Origin: Lama glama
Lineage: Eukaryota
Assembly (NCBI GenBank): GCA_028534125.1
Contig: CM052817.1
Location: forward strand, 14,076,001-14,140,000
Reading direction: 5' to 3'
DNA length: 64,000 bases
Shown: piece after piece, positions 14,285 through 25,365 of the stretch
Layout: the number at the start of each line of letters is the position of its first letter
Numbering within the stretch: position 1 is the first letter of the stretch
The notes under the pieces: model-generated
Database searches by the model: none
What the model was told of the DNA's origin: nothing
The model's input: only the letters and a program-made list of their open reading frames with translations
Position numbers and translations under genes: made by a program

Positions 14285-14600
14285 CTACAATTCATTCAAA
14301 GTCCAGTTTACAGGCATTTCACACTGTCATCTGACTAAATCCTCACATTTTTGCAGGGTGATCAATCATCGCTATTTGGTGCGGAGGGGTTTCTTGGGAT
14401 GTAGGACTTTCAGTAGTAAAATCAGAAAAGACTCAAGCAAATTAGAAAATATTTGTCACCCTATCCAAGCCTCTCCTCTTTCTGATAAAGTACAGCTAGC
14501 AAAGGTAGTTAACGTGCAAAGTCTCAAAGAAACACAGGTGAGATCCAGGATCCCAACTCAAGTGTGTCTGTCTCTGAAGATTATGCTTGTTCCAACTCAC
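14285..14600 (-). mobile_element. MIR SINE interrupted by MER81
   Basis: MIR-like halves (tcatctgactaaatcctcaca / ccaggatcccaactcaagtgtgtctg) flank the MER81. Confidence 0.5.
14354..14463. mobile_element. MER81 (hAT-Blackjack MITE)
   Basis: 110 bp; TIRs cagggtgatcaa / tttgtcacccta; internal gaggggtttcttgggatgtaggactttcagt. Confidence 0.8.
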
Positions 14601-14924
14601 CAGGTGGCTACCAGATGTTTGCACCACTCATTCCAGCTTTGTTTGCTGTCCAAAGTCTTCCTCTTTTATGAATGTATTGTTAATAGGGCTAAAAGCAAAT
14701 TGCTTGTTTTGCTTTATGGATTAACTGATTTTTAAAGGATGAAACAGGCAAATACAGGATGACATCAAAATGTGGCCCAGCTTGTCCTGACTGCTAACTG
14801 GCTTAATCGCCCCGTCCTGTTTTAGACCATTTTCATCTGTTATATTCAAGCCCAAATTTAATATCCAATGGGAAGATATCATGATCAATAATGATTTTCT
14901 GAAGAAAAGCCATGTTTTAAAAAA

Positions 14925-15142
14925 TTTTTTTACTTGAAGTATTTACAACATTGTGTTAGTTTCAGGTATATAACAAAGGGATTCAGTTACACACACACAC
15001 ATACACACACACGCACACACATGTTCTTTTTAAGATTCTTTTCCTTTATAAATTATTATAAGATATTGAATAAAGTTCTCTGTGCTATACAGTAGGTCCT
15101 TGTTTTTTAAATCTATTTTGTATATAGTAGTGTGTATCTGTC
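14925..15142 (-). mobile_element. L1 3' UTR fragment with internal (CA)n
   Basis: ttgaagtatttacaacattgtgttagtttcaggt...tgtgctatacagtaggtccttgtt. Confidence 0.85.
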
Positions 15143-15529
15143 AGACTTACTGAAATTGACTTGGAGTTTAGTATGGATAGACAATAAAGATAAACCAGAA
15201 AAGTATTTTACTAAGTGCCTCATTTATTATAGGTACTATGTTAACTAGGTATTTCATTTATTCTTCCTCAGTGAATCCTAGAAAACCTACTTATTTAAAA
15301 AATTGATGTTGGACAGACAAAAGTGATGTAAAATAAATAAAAGCTGGAACAATTTTCACAAAGTGTTGAGAAGTTACAAGAAAAAGACTCATAGTGAAAC
15401 AGATGCTCTGGATAGCCACTGAGCTTTAGAAAGTCATGAAAGTGGATACATCAGACTTAAGAAGATGACTCCTTTAGAAAGCTTTATGAAAACCAAGGAA
15501 AGCCTAATGCTCCTTAAATGATGACAACA

Positions 15530-15745
15530 GTGGTACAGAATAGTAGTCAAGTATGATCTTTGAGTCTAAACTGCTGAGTTTGAATTACGGCTTTATCACT
15601 AACTAAATATGTGAATTTAGGTAAATTATTTACCATCTCTGTGACTCAGTCTCCTCATCTATAAAATAGGAATAGTACCTACTGGATAGTCTATGAAAAT
15701 TAATGGCTGAAGGCTTATAAGCACTTCGCACAGTCCTGTGGACAG
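15530..15745 (+). mobile_element. MIR SINE
   Basis: ctctgtgactcagtctcctcatctataaaatagg, the MIR core. Confidence 0.85.
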
Positions 15746-16029
15746 CATTTCCTAGATTTTCCATAATCACAAAAGTTCTGGCTTAAACTGAAACCAAACC
15801 CTTTTTAAAAAATTGACGTTAAATTTTCTTTTAAACTCCAGTGGTTGAGGGGGAAGAAGGAAGAGGAGTCACTGTGCAAGCAGTGTTTATAGTAATCATG
15901 TACAGAATATTACCTTGAATTATTTCTGTGAAGACAGATAACTTGTGGTTTTGGAATATAAAGAGTTCCATGTTATCTTTAGAAACACTAAAGTGCACTG
16001 AAATATCATATCAGTAACATCTCGACCTT

Positions 16030-16280
16030 TAAATAATTACTAACATTAATATAACATGTAACATGAAAAGGGATTTTGCAAAGGGCTTTATATGGATTTT
16101 ATTTTCATTTAATTTTAACAATGTTTTGCTGTAGGTATTGTTATCCTCATTTTACAGGTGAGGAAATAAAGGTTGGATGAACTTGAATAACTTACCTGAG
16201 TTCACAGTGATGGTGGTAGAGCCTACATTAAAAACGAGATATTCTGATGTTAAGCGCATACTCCTGACAACTGCACAATG
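16030..16280 (-). mobile_element. MIR SINE
   Basis: atcctcattttacaggtgaggaaataaagg...aacttacctgagttcacag. Confidence 0.8.
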
Positions 16281-16664
16281 GTGCTTTTTAAAGGAATAAT
16301 GTGAGATGGGGACAGAATGGTGACATTGGTAACTACAGCTTCCCTCTTCATTTTTAGCTCTTACAGTGCTTCATAATGTACCCTGGCTGTTAAAGTGACT
16401 GCTAGATGCCTGCCTGCAGGACATACTGTCCCAGAGCACATTTCCTGACAAGAGAACCAGGGAGCCAACTGAGCAACTTCCAATCTGGAACCTCAGAGGC
16501 AGACCAGGACCAGCAGAGTATGGTGCTGTACTGCAGGCAGAGTTGAAAATGAGGGCAGAAGTTGAGTGAAGTATCATTGAGCATAGTCTGGTCCTCCTCA
16601 TCTTTATGGCCCTGAGGCATATGCCATCAATTCATCTAGAATTGATCTGAGTTAAAACTCTGCT

Positions 16665-16790
16665 GCATCCACTCACTTCATTCCATCTTTTTCTACTCCA
16701 CATTCCATCCATTTCATCCCTTTCCATTCCACTCTATTCCTTTATATTCCAGTCCATTCCATTCAAATGTATTCCATTCAAATGTATTGA
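16665..16790. repeat. Degenerate (CATTC)n simple repeat at an L2 tail
   Basis: Many attcc/ttcca units; attccattcaaatgt duplicated in tandem. Confidence 0.7.
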
Positions 16791-16885
16791 TTACTTATCC
16801 CAATTTAGTCACTAAGAAAGACTCAGTTGCTGCTACAAAGATGAAAATGATTCGGTTTTGCTCTCAAGGAGCTCTCAGGCTGACC
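16755..16885 (-). mobile_element. L2 3' end fragment
   Basis: attcaaatgtattgattactta...tgctctcaaggagctctcaggct. Confidence 0.6.
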
Positions 16886-17624
16886 AAGCTTCATTTAATA
16901 GATAAATTAATAGATAAATTAATCTTTGTTTACAAAACAAAGTAGTTTAAAACATATCTCAATCTGTGAACTGGAATGCATCATAAAATAATTTGAATAC
17001 CCCTGGCTCTAAAACAAGATTTGGCTACAAGAGTCTTCCTATTACTAGACAAGACTACTTAGAAGATTTCATTCTTGGGAATTTCATTTGTGAGGGTACA
17101 ATAAGACATTTTTCAAGATATATTTCCAATAAACTATAAAATTAAGACTTAGAGTCTACAGTCTTAAATCAAAGCTCTCTTTTCCTCTGAAAGTGCTAAA
17201 CCATCACTGTTAGATTTTATACAAGTCATGTTTCTCTGTCATTTTTGCCAACCCCTCCTTTCTGTACAGTACCATGATAGCTAGGAAAAACAGAATGCAA
17301 GTATCATTTTAGTTGTAGGAATTCTAGACTCTACTTTTCTGAAACACCCTGCTTAATTTCTGCAGAGTTTGAAAAGACCCTATTTTCATTAATTCTGTAT
17401 TTAAAAATCTGTATTTCCATATGAATTGACTGGAGAAACAAAATGTGCTCAACACTTCATGCTGTTACTTTGGGGAATATATTCCAGTCTCTGGGTTCCT
17501 CATTCTCTGACTATACATTATTTTTGCTTTTATTCTAGAGTTTCTCAAAGATAAGCATATATATTATCTAAATTAACAATCCCTGGGGTGTTTTTTTTAA
17601 GTTGCATCCATTTTTGCTTCATGT

Positions 17625-17955
17625 GTTTTTTTTTTTATTATTTAAGTGTAGTTGATTTACAATATTGTGTTAGTTCCAGGTGTACAGCAACGTGATTCAA
17701 TTATACATATACATGTATCTATTGTTTTGCAGTCTTCTCCATTATAGCTTATTATAAGATATTGAATAGAGTTCCCTGTGCTATAAGGTAGGTCCTTGTT
17801 GTTTATCTATTTTATATATAGTAGTGTGTATATGTTAATCTCAAACTTCTATTTACCCCTTCTCCTCACTCTTTCCCCTTTTGGTAATCATAGTTTGTTT
17901 TCTATGTCTCTGAGTTTATCTCTGGCTTGTAAATAAGTTCATTTGTATCATTTTT
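17625..17955 (-). mobile_element. L1 3' UTR fragment
   Basis: Poly-T head, then gtagttgatttacaatattgtgttagttccaggtgtacagc...gtaaataagttcatttgtatcatttt. Confidence 0.9.
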
Positions 17956-18499
17956 AAAATGTCTGCTCCTGGATGCTACCTCTGTCCCTAAAACCCTGGC
18001 TCTTTGGAGCTGGTATACCAGTTTCCAAATACTCTCCCTCAGTGACTCTTAGCCTCTGTCTTTTTCAAGCCATTGGACTAGTCATTACGCCCAATGATGG
18101 TGCCAGGGGCTTTCCTTCACCTGCCTGACAGCGATTCCTGGGCCCTCTCACTCAAACAAGCTCACACAAATTAGGCACTGGGAGAGCAAGAGAGGCTCAG
18201 GTGGGGAGATGTCATTGGCTTCTGGATGCTTCATTTAATTCCAGGAAGTCAAGAAGAGAAAACTGGGCCAGCAGAGCATAAATGCTAAAACCCATGGGCC
18301 CAGCTGATGCCTTGCTGAAGCTGAACATTTGAGATTTTGCAAGCTAGGCAATGTTACAAGTTCACATGGTGTACAAATTCTGATGTATTGCTGCATCTGC
18401 TAATTCTACTTTCTCAGTATTGTTTTGTTTGTTTTACTTTGTATTTTAAGTTTCATTGCAACAATTGATAACAAATAACCAAAAGGTAAAAGAAAGAAG

Positions 18500-18690
18500 A
18501 CTCTCTATGTAGCTGCTATGTTATTACCTCATTTAATCTGTACAACACTCCAAGAAGAGACTACTGCTTCTCTATATTAAAAATAAAGCAAACAAAACAA
18601 AAACTAGATAAGTAATTTATTCAAAGTTAGTAAGTCTCAGCACTGGACAGAAAGCCCTAATGCAAAATCTGTTTTCTTCCACTGCACCAT
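18500..18690 (-). mobile_element. MIR SINE (diverged)
   Basis: ttacctcatttaatctgtacaacactcc...ttccactgcaccat. Confidence 0.6.
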
Positions 18691-19273
18691 CTTATGTCCA
18701 TTTCTTCCCCTCAAATATGTACCACTTAAAGAAACAACTGTGAAATTACACTGAGGCGATACAGCAATGAGAGAGAATTTCTGTACATCCACACAACAGT
18801 CTCATTTCCTCACGATCACACTTCCTGTCCATTTAGTGAAAAACCAGAGTCTGCTCTTTGGGCACCACTCACTGAGGATTAAATTGGCATAGATATTTCA
18901 GATAATCTTTTATTCCCAAAATCTATGGTAGATCAAGGTTCTTGCCAGTGTAAAAACTATTCAAAACTTTTGCTGTCATTTTCAAACTTGTATTTTAGAC
19001 GTCAGCGTTCACTGGACAGTATACTGTTGAAGGTTGCTTTTAATGTGGTGCCTAACAGCAGCTTCTGGACGGTAATGGTGGGTAAATGTGCTACACCATA
19101 GAACAGAACACACTGAATATCGCTTATGCTTTAAAGTTCATGATACCAAAAGAGCAGTAGGAAACTTTTAAACATTTGTATTCTAAAGCACAGAAGCTTA
19201 TCAATTTTTGTGTGGCTGGTACAGCTCTTGGCACACTGCAGAAACCAAAACCAACCAAACAAAAATCACTATC

Positions 19274-19714
19274 TGTACAGGGTTGAATAGTATTGCCTAA
19301 AAAATTCATGTCCACCTGGAACCTGTGAATGTGATCTTATTTGTAAATAGGGTCTTTATAGATATAATCAAGTTAGGACAAAGTCATGCTGGGTTAGAAT
19401 GGGCCCTAAATCCAGTAAGACTGGAGTCCTTAGAGGAAGAGGGAAATTTGGACACAGAAACAGACACACAGAAAAGAAGGCCACGAGGAGACTGATGCGT
19501 TTATAAACCAAAGAATGCCAAGGATTGTCCTCAACCACCCGAAGCTTGAAGAGTCAACGGAAGGTTCTTCCCCAGAGCCTTCAGAGGCAGTATGGCCCTG
19601 CCAACACCTTGATTTTGGATGTCTAGCTTCCAGAATGGTGAGATAATTCATTTCCGTTGTTTTAAGTCACACAGTTTATGGTACTTTGTTACAGCAGCCC
19701 TAGGAACCTAATAA
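19274..19714 (+). mobile_element. MaLR MLT1C-like solo LTR, full length
   Basis: tgtacagggttgaatagt...gagccttcagaggcagtatggccctgccaacaccttgatt...tttgttacagcagccctaggaacctaata. Confidence 0.9.
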
Positions 19715-20274
19715 CTTCATCCATAAATATGCACCTACAGCATACAAGGCACCACACTCTGTGTTGAGAGTAGGGACCAGTGGGAACATGAGCCTGGCTT
19801 CCGAGGCCCATATCCTCGCAGGTAGGTGTGGAGCAGGAGGGCAAACGAGGCCCACTTCTTTTTAGCTCTAGCCTATTACTTCTCTCCTAAAGAGCCACAG
19901 GCCATTATTTCTTTCCATCTTCCTCATTACTCACAGTCTCACTCAAGCTTCTACAATGCCAGTGTGTGCCCTATGCGAACGTGGCAGGACTAAAACCACA
20001 AAACCATTATCATAAAACTATAGCTTTTAAAATCCATCCAATGCATAAAAACAAATAGCTTTTAAACAAATAGCTTTTCAAATCCATCCAGTGCATAGAA
20101 AAACTATCTGGACTCCCGCTAATGCAGTGGGCCTCCCACACTTTACAGTTCCATGTCTTCCATCACAGCAGCTAAAGTGTCTTTTGTCAGACTTGGGGAT
20201 CCCATTTTATAAGGTGGTCTTTGTAAAATTTCATTCTTCCCAAATTAAAAGAATCAGCAGAAAATGCTCCATTG

Positions 20275-20373
20275 AGAGAAAGAAAGGGAGAGGGGAGGAA
20301 AGAGAGAAAGAAAGAGGGAGGGAGGAAGGGAGGAAGGAAGGAAGGAAGGAAGGAAGGAAGGAAGGAAGGAAGG
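20275..20373 (+). repeat. Purine tract / (GGAA)n microsatellite
   Basis: About 10 GGAA units after a GA-rich run. Confidence 0.95.
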
Positions 20374-20544
20374 ACAAAAATAATGAATGGATTCAGGGGT
20401 TCTTCATATTCTTAATATTGATTTCCTTGGTGCTGTAAATTAAGAAAAAAGTTTACTTGTGCATAATGCTCCATGACTTTGTTTATACATTTATATGAGA
20501 CCTTACAGAAAATGGAAAGAGTTTCACTGAAATTTTAATGTCTG

Positions 20545-20780
20545 AATTGAGCTAACATGCACTGAGCGCCTATTCTTTTTCAGAAGTTCTACCAGACACC
20601 TTCCTACAAGCTTTTTAAGAATCCTTTTGCCAATTTACATATGATAAAATCGAGGTGCACAGAGTTTCAGTAATTTGTGTACAGACATACACTATTATAA
20701 CAAATAGAAATGCTGGGCCTTTGACTTAATTATGTCATTAGATTTGAAAATCTCAGTGCTGCTTCCGCTAAACCACCTTG
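20545..20780 (-). mobile_element. MIR SINE
   Basis: gctaacatgcactgagcgccta...tttacatatgataaaatcgaggtgcacagagtttcagtaatttg. Confidence 0.65.
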
Positions 20781-20836
20781 CCTTCCCAAATATATTTTCA
20801 CACAAATCCAAGGGCACGTGTTATCATGAGAGGAAT

Positions 20837-20851
20837 CTTCTTTCTTTCTCC

Positions 20852-20899
<48 letters not shown>

Positions 20900-20920
20900 T
20901 TTCTTTCTTTCTTTCTTTTT
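20837..20920 (+). repeat. (TTTC)n microsatellite
   Basis: Directly visible. Confidence 0.95.
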
Positions 20921-21874
20921 GCTTTTATAGAACAGACACATGGCCAAATAAGATAAGAAGAAGTCTTACATTTTGTAGTTAAAATCACACTGCCACATGA
21001 TGACCTTTAATAACAAAAATAAACAACATCACAGGTACACAGTGTTCAAGCAGCAGTTTTCCAACACTGAGCCACAGCTGAAGTTGCTACATGTGGATGC
21101 TTCGGACACTCTGACGTCGAGGCTCACATCAGGTGAGTATGAACAAGAAAGCGGCTGCTCTCTTATTAGGGATAATCAGAAGTCTAAACTCAAGGAAACA
21201 AGTTTTGGCATCCACCAGAAGTGCCTTCCAGAAATCAAGGCCCTTCTGATATAAATATGATGTAAACAAAGCACTAACCATCAAGAGAAGCTTGGAACAC
21301 AGGAAAAAGAAAACTTGGAGACCCTGAAGGTAGTATGTTCCAGAACAGGATACAAGAGAGGTTCCTGGATGACAGCCACAGATCTGACTGCCTCTAAGAG
21401 TGCTCCAGGGAAACTTTGGGTGTCAGTGTCTGGAGGAGCGGGTTTTTGCACATCCAACTGCCACCCTCCCCCCAAAACAGATTGTGGTCAAATAAATTTC
21501 AGAAACTGCATTCTCTATCACCCATCAGAAAATTCATGATGTTCTCTAGCATATGAAAGCGTTGAAAAGCCATGCATTAAAGGAAACTTAAATCAGAGTT
21601 TCCAAAAGTAAGTGAGTCAGAGATTCTGTTTTATTTTTTAAAGTTAAAACTGATTAGTGTCTCTGATGGAAAGAGACAGATTTGGGTAACCCTGATCTAA
21701 GGTAAAACCATCTCATACTGCAGAACATTAGATAGCTCTTGCCCATAGCGGCAAGCTTAGCTTAGAGCGATCATTGTCCTCAAAGTTATCAAGGAAATGT
21801 TTTTGCATCCTAGATCCACCAAGCTCCCAAGTACAAAATTATTTGCACGTGGGTTCAAAATGTACTTTGTCAAG

Positions 21875-22348
21875 TGTGAACGAAAATAACTGCAACCATA
21901 TCAGTAAACAAAAAATGCTGAAACCAAGTCATCAGCGGCTGCCGCCACCCCCTCAGTGAGGACAGGCCTGCAGCCCAGCCTCTGAAGCCACTCACCATGG
22001 TGCCCTCTGAGGGGACTCAGAATAAGAAAGGACAGGATACTGGCCCTAGAGAGCCAGGGGCTTGTCAAAGGAATGAATTCAGTGAGCCCAAATGTTTGCT
22101 TCCTCCTATACATACAAAAGCACTAAATTCTTTAACTTGAGATGCATGGTTTTCTTTAGGTAACAAGTAATCTTTTAATGTTCCAACTACCTGGTCTTTG
22201 TTGGAAAACTCCTATATATCCTGGCTCCTCCCCTGCCTCTTCAGAGCAGTCCCTCAGAGCGATCTGAGAGGCTGTCATCCTGGCTCAAGTCCTCCCGCCA
22301 AATAAAACAAGTCTCGGCTTTCAGGCTGCGCATTTATTTCAGTCGGCA
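21875..22348 (+). mobile_element. ERV1-class solo LTR (cetartiodactyl type), 474 bp
   Basis: TG...CA termini; perfect 4-bp TSD CAAG (21871-21874 / 22349-22352); TATA-like cctatatatcc at ~22211; AATAAA at ~22302. Confidence 0.9.
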
Positions 22349-22389
22349 CAAGAGAACAGGAGAGGATTTTATCTAATGCTGCTTCTAAT

Positions 22390-22520
22390 CCACACTAAAT
22401 TGTCCATTTCATGGAGGCAAGGCTGATGTTTTTCCCCTAACTCCTGACTCTTAGGAAACGGACAATTCCCAACACACAGGAGGCTCCCGATAAATATTCA
22501 TTGAATGTTGAATGAATGGT
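22390..22520 (+). mobile_element. L2 3' end fragment
   Basis: cacacaggaggctcccgataaatattcattgaatgttgaatgaatg. Confidence 0.6.
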
Positions 22521-22551
22521 TAAGTAAATACATAAATGTCATTAAGTTATA

Positions 22552-23433
22552 CTGTTGGTTCTCAGTATTCACAGGTTCTGTACTTGTAAATGAAACCACC
22601 TGCTAAAATTTACCTGTAATCCCCATATTGATACTTACGGTGCTGTGAGGTCATTCACAGATTTGTGCATGGGTAAGCACCAAAAAATCTGAGTCACCTG
22701 ATGTGCACATTCCTAGCTGACTTGGAGAAAGGTGACATTCTGCCTTCTTGTTTCAATTCAGCTCTCAAACTGTAAACGTGTCCTTTTCACAGTTTTTAGG
22801 GCCATGTTTTCCATATTCTGTCATTTATGTTGGTGATTTTGCTGTTTAAAGCGGCCCCATACACAGTACTGAAGTGCCGTCTAGCGACCTGAGCACAAGA
22901 CACTGTGCCTTATGGAGAAAAAGGGAGCATTAGATAAGCTTCATTCAAACATGAGGCATAGGGTTGTTGCCTGTGAGTTCAATGTTAAAAAATCAACAAC
23001 ATACAGTTAACCCTTGAACAACACAGGTTTGAACTGTGCGGATCCACTTATATGCAATTTTTTTCAATAGTAAATACTAGAGGGCTATATGATCCAAGGT
23101 TGGCTGAATCACACACATGGAACTGCAGATACAGAAAAATCACTGATATTGATTGGGTCAACTATAAGGTACTAGGATTTTTGACTATGTGGGGTTCAGC
23201 ATCCTTAACCACTGTGTTGTTCAAAGGTCAACTGTATATTAAAAAGAGGAGGTCTTTAAACAGAAATACACATAATACTAAGATATTGATAGATTAGTTG
23301 GTGAAAATATGACCAGAGGCTCACAGGAACCTAACCCCAGGTTTTCTCTAGGAACAGTGGCCCAATACTTGTTAATTCAGTATTCACAATGATTCTGCAG
23401 AATACAACTGCCACAGATAATGAGAATTGACTG
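22552..23433. mobile_element. MER82 (TcMar-Tigger) full length, interrupted by a Tigger2a-type MITE
   Basis: Termini ctgttggttctcagtattcac / gataatgagaattgactg; internal gaccagaggctcacaggaacctaaccc and ttagataagcttcattc match recalled MER82. Confidence 0.85.
23004..23234. mobile_element. Tigger2a-type MITE nested in MER82
   Basis: TIRs cagttaacccttgaacaacacag / ctgtgttgttcaaaggtcaactg; TA TSD at 23002-23003 and 23235-23236. Confidence 0.9.
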
Positions 23434-23814
23434 CTCTCAGACATCTACAAATCTTAATAGCGTATTAAAGGTTTAAGTCTTATAGGAAGAAAAACTAGTT
23501 TAACCTTGTTTAATCCATTGCTTACCAAATGTTCATGACTACAGATCTAACGTTTAAAGAATAGAATATGTATTATCGTCCCATAGGACACATTCAATCA
23601 GTGGAATGGCTCTACACTGCGTGTTAAGAGGTCTTTGCAATCTCTCTATTGAGGCCACTTGACCTAAGTTTCAGGGGTTTTTTGTTTTTGTTTTTGGAGT
23701 CTCATAATGTTTTAACATACTTTGTGTTTTGATAATTTTTTTAAAACAATGAAAACAAAAGTTCTATATGAGCATGGGTACAAATCTTTTGATGCCTAGT
23801 TTTTTCTTCTTTTT

Positions 23815-24980
23815 GGCATTCTTTTTTATTGAAATATAGTCAGTTTACAATGTTGTGTTAGTCTCTGGTGTACAGCATAACGTTTCAGTCATACATATAC
23901 ATACATATATTCATTTTCATATTCTTTTTCATTATAGGTTATTACAAGATACTGAATTCCCTGCGCTATGGAAGAAAACCTTTTTTAAGTCTATTTTTAT
24001 ATATAGTAGCTACTATTTGCAAATCTCAAACTCCCAAATTTATCCCTCTCCATCCTGTTTCCCTCAGTAACCATAAGATTGTTTACTATGAATGCAAGTC
24101 TGTTTGTTTTGTGGATGAGTTCATTACTGTCCTCTTTTTTTCTTTTTTTAGATTCTGCATATGAGTGATATCATATGCTATTTTTCGTTCTCTTTCTGGC
24201 TTACTTCACTTAGAATGACAATCTCCAGGTCCACCCATGTTGCTGCAAATGACATTATTTTATTCTTTTTTATGGCTGAGTAGTATTCCATTGTATAAAT
24301 ATACCACAGCTTCTTAATCCAGTCATCTATCGATGGACATTTAGGTTGTTTCCATGTCTTGGCTATTGCAAATAGTGCTGCTATGAACACTGGGGTACAG
24401 GTGTCTTTTCAAATTACAGTTCCCTCCAGATATATGCTCAGGAGTAGGATTGCTGGATCATATGCAAGTCTATTTTTAGTTTTTTGAGGAATCTCCATAC
24501 TGTTTTCCATAGTGGCTGCACCCAAATTCATTCCCACTAGCAGTATAGGAGGGTTCCCTCTTCTCCACAGCCTTTCCAGCATTTATCTTTTGTGAATTTT
24601 TGACGATGGCCATTCTGACTGGTGTGAGGTGATATCTCATTGTAGTTTTGATTTTCATTTCTCTGATAATTAGTGATATTGAGCATTTTTCCATGTGCCC
24701 ACTGGCCATTTGTATGTCTTCATTAGAGAATTGCTTGTTTAGGTCCTCTGCCCATTTTTGGATCAGGTTATGTGTTTTTTTGGCACTAAGTTTTATGAGC
24801 TGTTTGTATATTCTGGAAGTTAAACCTTTGTCAGTCACATAATTTGCAAATATTTTCTCCCATTTGATAGGTTGTTTTTTTGTTTTTCTTATGGTTTCCT
24901 TTGTTGTGCAAGAGCTTATAAGTTTAGTTAGGTCCCCTTTGTTTATTTTTGCTTTTATTTCTATTGCTTGGGTAGACCAG
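23815..24980 (-). mobile_element. 5'-truncated L1 with ORF2 C-terminal remnant and 3' UTR
   Basis: ORFs 24476-24997 (WEKIFANY...[12 protein letters not shown]) and 24178-24390 (MFIAALFAIAKTWKQPKCPSIDDWIKKLWYIYTMEYYSAIKKN) are frameshifted L1 ORF2p C-terminus. Confidence 0.97.
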
Positions 24981-25365
24981 AAATTTTTAATTATCACTTA
25001 TGACCATAGACAAAGAGATGAAAGGATTTCAGTTCAAGGCTCAGACATTCCAAAACCACTTGGCCATCAATACCAACCTGACTTGGTGCCACAGTCTGTT
25101 AGGGTCCCCACGCTGTGATCTGATTAATTGTGCTTTGGTCTTATTCTAATTATTAGAATTCCTAGGCTGATAACCCTTTCTCTCTTTCTTTCCTAGTCTT
25201 TCTTTTCCCTGAAGGAACATTTGTTCTCTTCATGCACTTCAGCTTGTTACTCAGGCTCTACCTGTAACCTGACTGTGTAGAGGGTGTTCATGGGAAGGGT
25301 AAAGGGTTCACTGCAAAAAAAAAAAAAATCCAAAGGTAACATTTAACAAATGTTACAGCCACCTG

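Noticed and set aside
14358..14735. 125-aa ORF
   Set aside because: Composed largely of MER81 and MIR sequence; no homology recognised.
15300..15525. Acidic coding-like stretch (possible piggyBac or pseudogene remnant)
   Set aside because: Multiple stops in all + frames and no recognisable termini; cannot be supported.
16665..16790. Satellite II/III-like CATTC array
   Set aside because: Short, and explained as an expanded L2 3' tail.
20091..20956. ORFs of 115 aa and 74 aa
   Set aside because: Open only because they run through (GGAA)n and (TTTC)n microsatellites.
24178..24997. Longest ORFs (173 aa, 70 aa) as a host gene
   Set aside because: They are frameshifted L1 ORF2 C-terminal remnants.
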